Origin: Candidatus Spongiisociaceae bacterium
GTDB taxonomy: Bacteria > Actinomycetota > Acidimicrobiia > Spongiisociales > Spongiisociaceae
DNA: 64,000 nucleotides
Assembly: GCA_965262915.1 (NCBI GenBank)
Contig: OZ253564.1
Span: 3,392,001-3,456,000, forward strand
Reading direction: 5' to 3'
In this document: one piece after another, positions 9,742 to 19,601 of the stretch
Layout: the number at the start of each line of letters is the position of its first letter
Numbering within the stretch: position 1 is the stretch's first letter
Position numbers and translations under genes: made by a program
Notes under the pieces: generated by a model
What the model was told of the DNA's origin: nothing
The model's database searches: none
Seen by the model: only the letters and a program-made list of their open reading frames with translations

Positions 9742-10750
9742 ACTCCTCAGCATCGAAGGACTGAGCAAGACGTTTGCCGGCGCGGGAACCTTCTGGGCTA
9801 AGGGTGGAGAGATCCCTGCAGTACGGAATGTTTCGCTCACGCTTTCTCATGGCGAGGTCTTGGCGATCGTGGGTGAGAGCGGCAGCGGCAAGACCACCCT
9901 GGGCCTTTGTGTCATGCGGCTCATTTCGCCGTCCTCCGGTGTGATCCGGTTCGAAGGGATCGACACCCTTGCGCTACGCGGTAGAGCACTGCGTGATTTC
10001 AGGCGTAGCGCTCAGATGGTGTTCCAGAACCCGCAGGCTTCACTCAACCCGCGCATGCGCGTCGCCTCGATCATCGGTGAGCCGGTGAAGTTCCATGATG
10101 GGCTGGAAGACAACGCTCTGAAGAACCGGGTTGTCGAATTGATGCACTCTGTCGGTCTGGACGAGGCGGAGGCGAAGAAGTATCCGCATGAGCTGAGCGG
10201 CGGGCAGCAGCAGCGCGTCTCCATTGCACGCGCCCTGGCCACGAGGCCGCGCCTCCTGGTCCTGGATGAACCGACATCCGCGCTCGACGCTTCCGTCCAA
10301 GGGCAGATCATCGCACTTCTCAACGAATTGAGGGAACGTCACGGCCTCGGCTACCTCCTCATCTCACACGACCTCCGTCTGGTGCGCGGGAACTCCGACC
10401 GGACGGCGGTCATGTATCAAGGAAAGTTCACCGAGGTGGGTCCCACAGAGCAGATGTTCCGGAAGCCGATGCACCCCTACATGCGCCTACTCCGCCATAC
10501 CATGCCCTCGGCTGCCGGATCACGACTCCGCCGAATCGCATCCGAGTACCTTGTCAAGGAGGCAGAGCCGGTGTCTGTGGGGTGTGTATTCCGGGGTCGC
10601 TGCCCGACGGCTCGGCCGCGATGTGCCGACCCCCAGGTGCTGGACCCGAGCCTCGCGCACGCAGCAGCGTGCTGGCGGGCCGGGACCCCCGACTTCGAGG
10701 GCGAATGGCGCCTATTGATGAATCCGGTCAGCAACGTCCGAGCCGAGTGA
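9734..10750 (+). CDS. Peptide ABC ATPase (DppF-like)
   Basis: GESGSGKT, YPHELSGGQQQR, LDEPTSALD, GCVFRGRC. Confidence 0.92.
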   Translation: MTELLSIEGLSKTFAGAGTFWAKGGEIPAVRNVSLTLSHGEVLAIVGESGSGKTTLGLCVMRLISPSSGVIRFEGIDTLALRGRALRDFRRSAQMVFQNPQASLNPRMRVASIIGEPVKFHDGLEDNALKNRVVELMHSVGLDEAEAKKYPHELSGGQQQRVSIARALATRPRLLVLDEPTSALDASVQGQIIALLNELRERHGLGYLLISHDLRLVRGNSDRTAVMYQGKFTEVGPTEQMFRKPMHPYMRLLRHTMPSAAGSRLRRIASEYLVKEAEPVSVGCVFRGRCPTARPRCADPQVLDPSLAHAAACWRAGTPDFEGEWRLLMNPVSNVRAE

Positions 10751-10770
10751 CACCGAAGGAGGAGTAGCCC

Positions 10771-11127
10771 GTGGAGGGATTCGCGATCGTTACGCCCATC
10801 ACCACAGAGGAATACGAGGATATGCCGCTCGAAGGCCATATCGTGTCAGGCGACCCGAAGGCCAAGATCCACTGGATCCGTAGAGAAGGCTCCGGTGTGG
10901 GCATGTTGCAAACCGGCCTCTTCATCGCTCAGCCCTCGGTCTGCCGTTGGGTGTTCGAGGGTGACGAGACGATCTACGTCATCGAGGGCGAGGTTCGCAT
11001 AGATTTCGTCGAGTCCGGCGAGAGCGTCGAGCTCATCGCCGGCGATATCGCGTCCTTCCCGAAGGGGGTGGATGCGATCTGGACGTTTAGGAAGCAGTTC
11101 AAGGAATTCTTCGTGCTCAGCGGTTGA
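10771..11127 (+). CDS. Cupin domain protein (Cupin_3/EutQ/DUF861-like)
   Basis: G.P.A, DETIYVIEGEV, GDIASFPKG...W; RBS AGGAGG. Confidence 0.8.
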   Translation: MEGFAIVTPITTEEYEDMPLEGHIVSGDPKAKIHWIRREGSGVGMLQTGLFIAQPSVCRWVFEGDETIYVIEGEVRIDFVESGESVELIAGDIASFPKGVDAIWTFRKQFKEFFVLSG

Positions 11128-11196
11128 GCACGGGCCGCGTCCGGACGCACCGATCTTCGGTGTCCGCGACCGGCGAGTGAGAGAGGAAGGACGCTC

Positions 11197-12270
11197 ATGC
11201 AAGGACAGGCAATGACCGTGCTCGGTCCGGTTTCGCCCGAGGACCTGGGACCGACGGTGACACACGAGCACCTCCTGGTCGATCTGACGTGTTACTGGAA
11301 ACGGCCGGATGATCCGAGCCGCGCAGCCCTGGCGGAGGCGCCTTTCGAGATGAGCATGATCGGGATCGTCAAGCGGGATCCGTTCTTTTCTCTCGACAAC
11401 AACCGGCTCACCGATGTAGCCGCCGCCGCCGAAGAAGCGCTGGAGTTCAAGAAGCTGGGCGGGGGCACCATCGTCGATGTCACACTGGCCGATATCGGTC
11501 GGGATCCGCTCGCCCTGCAGACCATCGCCAGATCGACAGGGCTCAACATCGTTGCCGGAAGCGGTCATTACGTCCACCTGGCGCACCCCCCCGGCTTGGA
11601 CGACGAGCCAACCGACCAGATCGCGCAGCGAATCATCGAGGAGCTCACCGAGGGCATCGGCGCTACCGGGGTACGAGCCGGCGTGATCGGAGAGATCGGC
11701 ACCAGCGCCCCGCTCCACCCACGTGAAGACAAGGTCCTTCGAGCTGCTGCCCGGGCACAGCAAGCGACCGGCTACCCGATATCGGTCCACGTTGCCCCGT
11801 CGGCGCGGCAAGGCCACGACGTGCTGGACATTCTCGAGCGGGAGGGCACCGATCTCGGGCGCGTGGTGATGGGGCATCTCGACCTCACCCTGGGTCACAT
11901 CGACGCCGAGTTCGAGGAAATCGTGGGATACCACTCCTCGCTCGCCGAGCGCGGCTGCTACATCCAATACGACACATGCGGCGTCGAACTCTACGTACCG
12001 TCGGGTGGCCTCGGGCCGCCCTTCTGGCTTCCGTCCGACCTCACCCGGCTGCGGGCCATCGCCCGGCTGCTGGAGATGGGCCACGGCGATCGGCTGCTCC
12101 TCAGCCAGGACGTTTGCACAAAGAAGGACCTGGTCCGCTACGGGGGCTTCGGGTACGGTCACATCTTGCGTCACTTCGTCTACAACCTCGAGGATGTGGG
12201 AGTCACGCGGGCGGAGATCGACCGAATGCTCATCGACAACCCGAAACGCATGCTGGCACGGCTCGGGTGA
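11197..12270 (+). CDS. Phosphotriesterase-family (PHP-like) metallohydrolase
   Basis: THEHL, GGGTIVD, GVIGEIG (Glu where PTE has the carboxylated Lys), ISVH, MGHLD, LSQDV, YGGFGY. Confidence 0.88.
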   Translation: MQGQAMTVLGPVSPEDLGPTVTHEHLLVDLTCYWKRPDDPSRAALAEAPFEMSMIGIVKRDPFFSLDNNRLTDVAAAAEEALEFKKLGGGTIVDVTLADIGRDPLALQTIARSTGLNIVAGSGHYVHLAHPPGLDDEPTDQIAQRIIEELTEGIGATGVRAGVIGEIGTSAPLHPREDKVLRAAARAQQATGYPISVHVAPSARQGHDVLDILEREGTDLGRVVMGHLDLTLGHIDAEFEEIVGYHSSLAERGCYIQYDTCGVELYVPSGGLGPPFWLPSDLTRLRAIARLLEMGHGDRLLLSQDVCTKKDLVRYGGFGYGHILRHFVYNLEDVGVTRAEIDRMLIDNPKRMLARLG

Positions 12271-12297
12271 CCTAGCGATGCGTGATCGGCGGGTGCC

Positions 12298-12411
12298 CTA
12301 ATCCGACTTGAAGTTCCTCCTACGCACAGACCAGACACCAAGTAACATGACCGCGAAGACAACGGCCATGAAGATCCCCAGCAGGATCCAGTACACCACC
12401 GCAACCGTCAC
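12298..12411 (-). CDS. 37-aa single-TM peptide (unit 1)
   Basis: GTG start after GAGGA; MTVAVVYWILLGIFMAVVFAVMLLGVWSVRRRNFKSD*; homologous to 13257-13364. Confidence 0.6.
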   Translation of the reverse strand: MTVAVVYWILLGIFMAVVFAVMLLGVWSVRRRNFKSD

Positions 12412-12702
12412 GAGCCCGTCCTCACGTCAACCAACGCAGTTCGTCATTGACAGAGGGAGAGAGGCCGGTTACTGCAACTGTCGGCGGGCGGTGATCATCT
12501 TCGGGTCTGGCCGGGGGTCGTCGCCGCCCGCACCGTGACCAGGGCTACAGGGCTGTCAGCAGTCCCCCACCGGTACGGAGCCCGGCGCGCTCGGACGAGA
12601 TCCGATCCACAGGTGGTGGCGGCGGGGGATGGGCCCGAGCCGTAGGCCCGTTCCGGGCAGGTTTTCGCGACCTCGGTCGTGGCAGGTGGCTGGAGAAGCC
12701 CG

Positions 12703-12959
12703 TCAGGCGGGCAGATCGGGGCTGATCACCTCGGCGGTCACGCTCTCCACCTTCCAGGCCTCCCTCGCATGGAGAACTGCCACCAGCTGTTCTCGTAGTT
12801 CTGCTCCACGAAGCGCACGAAGGCGTCGGGGGCGTTCCGCACCACCAGTTCGGTGTCGTCGTTCTTCAACTCCAGCAGGTCTTCCAGCGGTTTACTCGGG
12901 TATTCGAGACCCGGGATGCGGAAGCCGTTGATCCGCACGATCTTTATCTTCCTACCCAT
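12703..12959 (-). pseudogene. Small hypothetical protein, probably frameshifted near 12790
   Basis: RBS GGAGG; MGRKIKIVRINGFRIPGLEYPSK...EQNYE, then plausible coding continues in another frame as QLVAVLHAREAWKVESVTAEVISPDLPA*. Confidence 0.4.
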
Positions 12960-13256
12960 ATTGCCCTCCCCCGGTAGGTCTTCGGCACGTCACCGTAGCC
13001 CCAACCAGGCGATTCCAGGCACAGTCGGTGAAAACACACGTCGACCATCACGGACCAGTAGACCTGTACAGCAGGAAGCCGCTGTGATAGCGGATCGGTT
13101 CGAAGCGCCGTACCGCCTTTAGCAGACCGTTGTCGAGCGGCCCCCGGGCCCCTTCTCGGTGTCGGCTTCCGGATGGATGGACCACGGTCCGGACCGCCGA
13201 GCCGCGAAACGCCCGCCTCGTTGTGAACGCTCCGCCTTCGATCGGCAATCAGCGCC

Positions 13257-13364
13257 TCACTTGCCGCGCCATTTTTGGATAATTGACCATGCGCCCAGCA
13301 AAATGACCGCGCACATAACCGCTATAAACAGCACCATCAGGATCGTCAACACCCATGCGATCAC
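13257..13364 (-). CDS. 35-aa single-TM peptide (unit 2)
   Basis: GTG start after GGGAGGGG; MIAWVLTILMVLFIAVMCAVILLGAWSIIQKWRGK*. Confidence 0.6.
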   Translation of the reverse strand: MIAWVLTILMVLFIAVMCAVILLGAWSIIQKWRGK

Positions 13365-13645
13365 AGTCCGGTCCCCTCCCCGACCAACCCGGGATGGCCT
13401 CGAGCGAGAGCAGCCAGCCAGGCTGCACTCCAGTAGTGGGAAACGTCGAACACGAGGCGGACCTTACTTCGCTGTGCTTGGCCCAGCGATACGCGATCCA
13501 TATCATCCGTCGTTGACGTGAGCCTGGCCTTCATCCAGGCAACTATCGCGGGGGCGGGATCTATTCATCCAGTCGGCGTTAGTCAAGGTGAACATACAAG
13601 TCCCATATTCTCCTACAGGGCGGGACCACCAGCGAGGAGGACTCA

Positions 13646-14181
13646 ATGAAACGGTACGAGGTGACGCCGCTGCCGGGGTACAACCTCGTGATCGGACGCT
13701 GGCTGTGGGCCATGCAGCAAACGTGGAAGCGAAGGTTGCGCCTGGTCAAGGACTTGGACCAGGACCTCCTCGATTGGGAGGGGCCGGATGGTCGGGAGAA
13801 CGCAATCGGAACCCTCCTCTACCACATCGCCGGGGTCGAAATGGGATGGCTCTGGTGGGAGTTGAAGGGTCACTCTGGAATGCCGCCGGAGATAGAAGAG
13901 GACTTCCCATCCGAAGCGGCCGACCCGGAGACAGGATGGCTCACACGTGTACGGGGCATCCCGCTCGCCGAACACGTCCGCCGCCTGGAGAGGAACCGGG
14001 AAGTGTTCCTGGCTGAAGTCAAGAGCCTCTCCCTGAGCGACTGGCGAACCCCGCGACTGGACCGGAGCACGGAGCCTACGAGGCCACTCCGGAGTGGATG
14101 CTGTTTCACCTCATCGCACACGAGGCTGAACACAACGAGCAGATCTCCTCGCTCAAGAGTAGGAAACCAACGGGCTGTTGA
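13646..14181 (+). pseudogene. DinB/YfiT-family protein, frameshifted at ~14060
   Basis: NAIGTLLYHIAGVE in the first frame; C-terminal His motif TPEWMLFHLIAHEAEHNEQI in another frame, ending TGA 14181. Confidence 0.8.
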
Positions 14182-14338
14182 GCTGGGACTCGGAGTGGTG
14201 GTCGTCACTCAGGTGCCCGCAGTCTCGCAGAAACCGAGGTAGGCAGACTCGTGTAGCGGCGGGAAGTCGTATTGGGGAACCCGTGATGGCTCTTCCGTAA
14301 CCCTCGGAAACGAGCTGCTCGCGACCATGATCGATGGC

Positions 14339-14447
14339 CGAAGAGGACGGCCGTGAAGATCCCCACCAGGACCGGAACACCACCGCCCCGAACCAGGCCT
14401 CACGTCAACCAACCCGGCTCGGCGCTGACCGAGGGAGAGGCTGGCTA
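14339..14447 (-). repeat. Degenerate third copy of the small-peptide unit and its leader
   Basis: Aligns by eye with 12354-12471 (GAAGATCCCCA.CAGGA..., CTCACGTCAACCAAC, GAGGGAGA); reading frame broken. Confidence 0.8.
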
Positions 14448-14448
14448 G

Positions 14449-14547
14449 GAGGGTGGTCCAAAACGGTAGGGAGCAGCGGCCCGTCTTCCTCTGAACAGGC
14501 ATTATGTCATCGGTCGACGGGCCGTGAAGGGGTTTCACACCACCCTC
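14449..14547. mobile_element. 99-bp MITE-like element, family A
   Basis: TIRs GAGGGTGGTCCAAAAC / GTTTCACACCACCCTC; CTAG on both sides (14445-48, 14548-51). Confidence 0.75.
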
Positions 14548-14634
14548 CTAGAACCCCGATAGGTCGAGTGAGCATGTCCGAACTCGATTGTCAACCGAAG
14601 TTGCGCGAGCACCGATCACAGGCACTCCGGCCGG

Positions 14635-15873
14635 CTATCCGGAAAGAGCACTCCGCAGCCTTGGAACAGAGACCACCAGAAGGACAATGAGCAGCATGGG
14701 ACCTGCCGCCACCAGATTGAGCAGGCTGTACCCGATCCCGCTCATCAGCATTCCCGCTCCCACGCTGCCGATCATCACCATCGTCCAGATCGCCGAGTCC
14801 GCCCATCCCTCCACCACTTGACGGACATCGGCAGGCGCCGCCGCGAACAACATGGAGCTGCCGGCCACGAAACAAAAACTCCATCCCAGTCCCAGCGTGA
14901 ACAGACCAACCGCCAAGGCAAGATAGCCGTCAGCGGGGGCCGTTCCCGACAGGAGCAGCGCCACCAGGGTCACACCCATCCCCATCCCTACCATCGGCAG
15001 ATGGCCCAACCGGTCCACCAGCTTCCCCACCAGGGGGGCAAATGCGAACATGCCCACCGCATGTACCGAAATCACAAGTCCCACTATGTTCAACTCATAC
15101 CCTGCATCCTCGATACGGAGGGGCGTGGTGGTCATCACCAGTACCATTGCCCCTTGCGCGGTCAGCAACGCCAATATGGCGAGCTGGACCTCAGAAAGGC
15201 GCAGCGCGGCGCCGACTGAGCCTCTCATCGCCGGTCTGGATAGGGCAGCCACCGCCACCTGGGAAGGGTCGGGGCGAAGCGCCGCCCAGAAGGTCAACCA
15301 GGAGAGAAGAAAGGCGACCACAGCCAGTAGAAAGGCGCCGCCGTAGGGCGTACCCAGCCGTTCTTCCACCAGCCCGCCCACCCCGTCCACCAAATTGGCC
15401 CCCACCAGAGAACCGACAGTTCCCGCCCAGACCAGCATCCCCACCGCCCATCCTCGTCTCCGCTCGTCGACCAACTCGGCGGCCGCGAACCGGGCCAGAT
15501 GGATGGCGCCGATCCCCCCACCAACGAACACCGCTCCGCCCACCAGAAGCCAGTACCAACCGAGCACCACTCCCAAGAGTTCTGCCGTTGCCCCGAAGGC
15601 GGACAGCGGCGGGCCCAACAACATGATGAACCTTCGTCCATAGCGAGCGCTCAGCCTCCCGAACAGGTTGGTGCCCACTGCCTGGCCGAAAGCGCCGGCG
15701 GCGAGCGGAAGGCCGGCGATCATGGTGGACCCGCTCAGCGAACGTGCCGCTATCGTCGCCACGGTGAGCGTAGCCACGAACGCGACCCACCCTAGAGCCG
15801 AACCGGCGAACAGCACATACACCAAACGGCGACGAAGGATGGAGAGATCGGGTTGGGTAACCTGACGCGTCAC
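14635..15873 (-). CDS. MFS transporter
   Basis: About 12 hydrophobic segments; GRLSARYGRR and GKLVDRLGH motif A; RFAAAEL. Confidence 0.88.
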   Translation of the reverse strand: MTRQVTQPDLSILRRRLVYVLFAGSALGWVAFVATLTVATIAARSLSGSTMIAGLPLAAGAFGQAVGTNLFGRLSARYGRRFIMLLGPPLSAFGATAELLGVVLGWYWLLVGGAVFVGGGIGAIHLARFAAAELVDERRRGWAVGMLVWAGTVGSLVGANLVDGVGGLVEERLGTPYGGAFLLAVVAFLLSWLTFWAALRPDPSQVAVAALSRPAMRGSVGAALRLSEVQLAILALLTAQGAMVLVMTTTPLRIEDAGYELNIVGLVISVHAVGMFAFAPLVGKLVDRLGHLPMVGMGMGVTLVALLLSGTAPADGYLALAVGLFTLGLGWSFCFVAGSSMLFAAAPADVRQVVEGWADSAIWTMVMIGSVGAGMLMSGIGYSLLNLVAAGPMLLIVLLVVSVPRLRSALSG

Positions 15874-16104
15874 TCCTCTTGATTGTATTAGCCACGCCGC
15901 CCGCCGAACCGTGGCAACTCCTTCGGTCGTCAGCGAGGCGTACCTGCCGGGTCTCAGCGATGCTGGACCGGAAGGTTCGGGGTGGTGATTCGTTCCCCAC
16001 CCTCCGGCAGGCAGGCAGCCCGTAGTGAGATCTTCTCGTTATTACATATGATCTAGCGATACGTAGGGGTTAACTTTGTCACAGTGCCATGGTACAAATA
16101 GATC

Positions 16105-17394
16105 ATGCACCACGAACTCTTGTTCGCTCACTTCAATGACGGCACCGGCACCAGTGCCACGACCGAACTGGCATCCGACGAGTCAGGCAATGGCGCCGCC
16201 GAGAGGATCCGCGCCGCGCTCGAGGAGTTGAACCACGTCCGGATAGGTCCCATGTCCCGGACCGAGGCAAATCACACACTCGGGTTGCTGGGTCAGGCTC
16301 AATCGGTGGTCACTTCATTGATGTGCGACGTAGGCCGCCAAGTCGCCGCGACGGAGCCCGACACCGATGCTGCCGAGGTGCTCCGGCAGGGAGCGCGACT
16401 GCCGAGCCGGGAGTCCAAACGGATGGCGAAGGTGGCCCGGCAGCTGTCGGAAATGCCCAAAGTCCGGGAACGCTTCTCGACCGGTGACATCACCCCGACC
16501 CATGTCAACGCGCTGGCCAACGCCGCCCAGAAAGTCGGACCCCAAGCAGTGGAAGCCGACGACAGCCTGATCGAGGCCGCCGACCAGATGTTGCCCGACA
16601 GCTTCGACCGGCACGTTCGGAAGTGGGCCGACCGCAAACTCATCAAGCAGGGTCTCGATCCGCTCGAGCGGCAGCGCCGAGCCCGCGAAGCCAAGCTATG
16701 GGTGGAGAAGGAAACCGGGCTCGGGGTGCTCATGGCGAAGCTCCCTCGAACCCAGTTCGAACGCCTCCGCCAAGCCATCGACAGCCACTACATGTATCTT
16801 CTGCGCCAGGACGGCGTCGGCGGTCTCGATCCCGATGACGTGCGCACACCTAAGCAGCGTCTCGCCGACGTCATGTACGAACTGGTGACCAGCCGCCACG
16901 CGGTCACCGGCGAGTTCATTACCGAGACCGTTGGGATCAAGGCCAAGGCCTCCACCCAGCTCATCCTCGTTGCACCGGTAGGAGTTGTGGACGGCACGAA
17001 CCCCGACGCGCACGTTGAGATGATCGGGGTCGGTCCCCTACCCCGCCACATCCTGAGATCACTCTCCCCGGACACCGTGTTGGCCGGCATGATCTTCGAC
17101 CGTGCCGGCCGCCCCCTCTGGCTGGGCCGCAACCAGCGCCTCGGCAACGCAGCCCAACGCCTCGCAATAGCCGTACGGGACGGGGGATGCTTCGAATGCG
17201 GCGCCCCGATGCACCGATGCGCGCTACACCACATCCACGAATGGCATCGCGACGGCGGGCGAACGGACATCAACAACTTGATCGCCGTCTGCCGCCGCCA
17301 CCATAGATGGCTCGAAACCAACAACCTCGTGGTCCGGCGGACCGCCAGCGGCTACCAGATGCGGCCCCGAGCCGGACCAAGCCCGCCGGGCTGA
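16105..17394 (+). CDS. DUF222 domain / HNH endonuclease
   Basis: RDGGCFECG, ALHHIHEW..GGRTDINNLIAVCRRHH; PLWLGR..R. Confidence 0.85.
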   Translation: MHHELLFAHFNDGTGTSATTELASDESGNGAAERIRAALEELNHVRIGPMSRTEANHTLGLLGQAQSVVTSLMCDVGRQVAATEPDTDAAEVLRQGARLPSRESKRMAKVARQLSEMPKVRERFSTGDITPTHVNALANAAQKVGPQAVEADDSLIEAADQMLPDSFDRHVRKWADRKLIKQGLDPLERQRRAREAKLWVEKETGLGVLMAKLPRTQFERLRQAIDSHYMYLLRQDGVGGLDPDDVRTPKQRLADVMYELVTSRHAVTGEFITETVGIKAKASTQLILVAPVGVVDGTNPDAHVEMIGVGPLPRHILRSLSPDTVLAGMIFDRAGRPLWLGRNQRLGNAAQRLAIAVRDGGCFECGAPMHRCALHHIHEWHRDGGRTDINNLIAVCRRHHRWLETNNLVVRRTASGYQMRPRAGPSPPG

Positions 17395-18119
17395 CCTCCT
17401 ACCCCACGCCCAACGCGAAGATCCGACCATCTCACCTCGAACATCCCGGGCTCAACCTGGGCGGATACATGAACGTTTCCCCTATGGATCAGGGGAGCGG
17501 AGGGTTCCAGTCCGCACATATTCCCTCAGCCGAACCGGGGAACGCGCTATCCCCCCGGTCGCCCGGGAGTATTTCTCCAGAGACCCTGTTCGGAGGGAGG
17601 GGATGGCGTCATGGACGACGAACCAATCGACATGCGCTGCGAGGCACCTCCAGGTGGCATCCGGGAGCCGATCCTGGTGAACGAGGCAAACCACCGGACC
17701 ACCTACCCAGGTGGCAACGAGCTGACATTGGAACCGAAGACCTCATCGCGTCTATCTCGACGAGCGTGACCAAGCAGATCTTCTCTTGCTGAGCATTCGG
17801 GCAGCGATGGTTCCGACCCCCTTGAGGCTTGGCGGTCCTATCTCCGAGCAGGCGGGTCACCAAACCAATATCATTTCGGTGATCACCGGCCCAGCAGATT
17901 ACGTCCTCGCTCACAGCGCAGAATCGATGCCCGCTCGAACAACTCCGGCGCAGCGGTACGACTAGCCTGACCGGCGTTGGAGCCCCGGATCGGCGTGACC
18001 TCCTGGTCATCGCTAGTCGAGGGGCCCGGGCCCAAAAACGTCCGCCAGCTTGTGCTAAAAATACGTTCTACCAGGAGAGGCCCTGCTAAGCCGGGGATTG
18101 AGGAGTGAGCGGATCGGCA

Positions 18120-19523
18120 ATGTCTAGCTATGACTATGACTTGGTGGTAATCGGGTCGGGCCCGGCTGGCCAGCGGGCAGCGATCCAGGCCTCGAAGCTG
18201 GGGAAACACGTCGTCGTCGTCGAGAAGGAACCGCACGTCGGCGGTATCAACGTCACCGCAGGGACCGTAAGCAAGACCATGCGCGATGCCGCCCTCTACC
18301 TGACGGGCTACCGGGAACGCAACATCTACGGCGAGGCTTACGCCGTCAAGGACAACATCACGATGGGCGACCTGATGGTGAGGACCCGCTACGTGATGCA
18401 GCAGCAGGCGGACATACTGCGCAGCCATCTCGCCAAGAACCGGGTGGAGGTGATCACGGCCGAGGGGTCGTTCGTCGACCGCCACACTATCAACCTCTCC
18501 TCGCACGACGGGAGGTCCAACCGCACGATCACCACTGACAAGGTGATCATCGCGGTGGGGACCTACTCCGCGACTCCGCCCGTGGTGTACGCGGACGGGA
18601 AGATGATCTTCGTCAGCGACTACGTCCTCAGCCTGAACAACCTGCCTCGTACTTTGAGCATCGTCGGCGCCGGCGCGATCGGCTTGGAGTACTGCAGCAC
18701 CTTCGCCGCGCTGGGTATCCGGGTCACCCTGGTCGACCGGAATGACCGCCTGCTGATTTTCGCGGACGAGGAACTGGCCGATGCGCTCGCTTACCACCTT
18801 CGCCAGAAGGGAGTAACCCTGCGCCTACGCGAGCTGGTCTTCGACATCGAGTACTTCTCAGACCAGCGGGGCCCTCGGGTGCGGGTCAAGCTCGACAGCG
18901 GAAAGCAGATCATCAGCGACGCGGTGATGTATTGCGTGGGGCGAACGGGCTCCACGGACATGCTGAACCTTGCGGCTATCGGTCTGGAGCCCGACGAGAG
19001 GGGCCGGATGAAGGTGGACGAGAACTGCCAGACCAGCGTGGAGGGTGTGTACGCAGCGGGAGGCGTGGTCGGCTTTCCGGACCTCGTATCGACATCTCGG
19101 ATGCAGGGTCGCCTAGCCGCTCGCCATGCCTTCGACGCCCCGCCGGACACGTACCAGAACCTGCTGCCATACACGATCAAGACTATTCCCGAAGTGGCGA
19201 TGGTCGGCAAGACCGAAGCCCAACTCACGGATGAGGCTATCCCTTACGAGATCGGCAAGGCTTTGTATCGTGACACGGAGAGCAGCATGGTCAAGGGTGA
19301 CGACACCGGCTTCCTGAAGCTGCTGTTCCATCTCGAGACGAAGGAGCTACTGGGAGTCCACATAATCGGGGACGAGGCCGCCGAGTTGATCCACATCGGT
19401 CAGGCTGTCATCGCCCACGGTGGAACGATCGACTACTTCGTCGAGGCCGTGATCGGCTACCCCACCCTGGCGGAGTGCTACACCACCGCGGCCCTTGATG
19501 GCATGACCCGTCTAGGACTCTGA
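18120..19523 (+). CDS. sthA: Soluble pyridine nucleotide transhydrogenase
   Basis: YDYDLVVIGSGPAGQRAAIQASKLGK, GAGAIGLEY, LLGVHIIGDEAAELIHIGQAVI..GGTIDYFV...YPTLAECY. Confidence 0.85.
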   Translation: MSSYDYDLVVIGSGPAGQRAAIQASKLGKHVVVVEKEPHVGGINVTAGTVSKTMRDAALYLTGYRERNIYGEAYAVKDNITMGDLMVRTRYVMQQQADILRSHLAKNRVEVITAEGSFVDRHTINLSSHDGRSNRTITTDKVIIAVGTYSATPPVVYADGKMIFVSDYVLSLNNLPRTLSIVGAGAIGLEYCSTFAALGIRVTLVDRNDRLLIFADEELADALAYHLRQKGVTLRLRELVFDIEYFSDQRGPRVRVKLDSGKQIISDAVMYCVGRTGSTDMLNLAAIGLEPDERGRMKVDENCQTSVEGVYAAGGVVGFPDLVSTSRMQGRLAARHAFDAPPDTYQNLLPYTIKTIPEVAMVGKTEAQLTDEAIPYEIGKALYRDTESSMVKGDDTGFLKLLFHLETKELLGVHIIGDEAAELIHIGQAVIAHGGTIDYFVEAVIGYPTLAECYTTAALDGMTRLGL

Positions 19524-19601
19524 ACACCGTCCGACATCCAACGATCGATCCGGCCCACCTCCGGTCACGGTAGGACCCACACGACAAGCAGATCGTGTCG
19601 G

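Noticed and set aside
12298-14447. Recurring CTCACGTCAACCAAC considered as a CRISPR repeat or integron attC site
   Set aside because: Only 2-3 copies, 1-2 kb apart, no cas or integrase genes, no regular spacers
17611-17769. 52-aa ORF MDDEPIDMRCEAPP... with a purine-rich upstream sequence
   Set aside because: No recognisable motif; cannot be distinguished from chance
17959-18019. Imperfect hairpin CGACTAGC...GCTAGTCG containing CTAG at both ends
   Set aside because: Too short, no similarity to the MITE ends, no second copy seen
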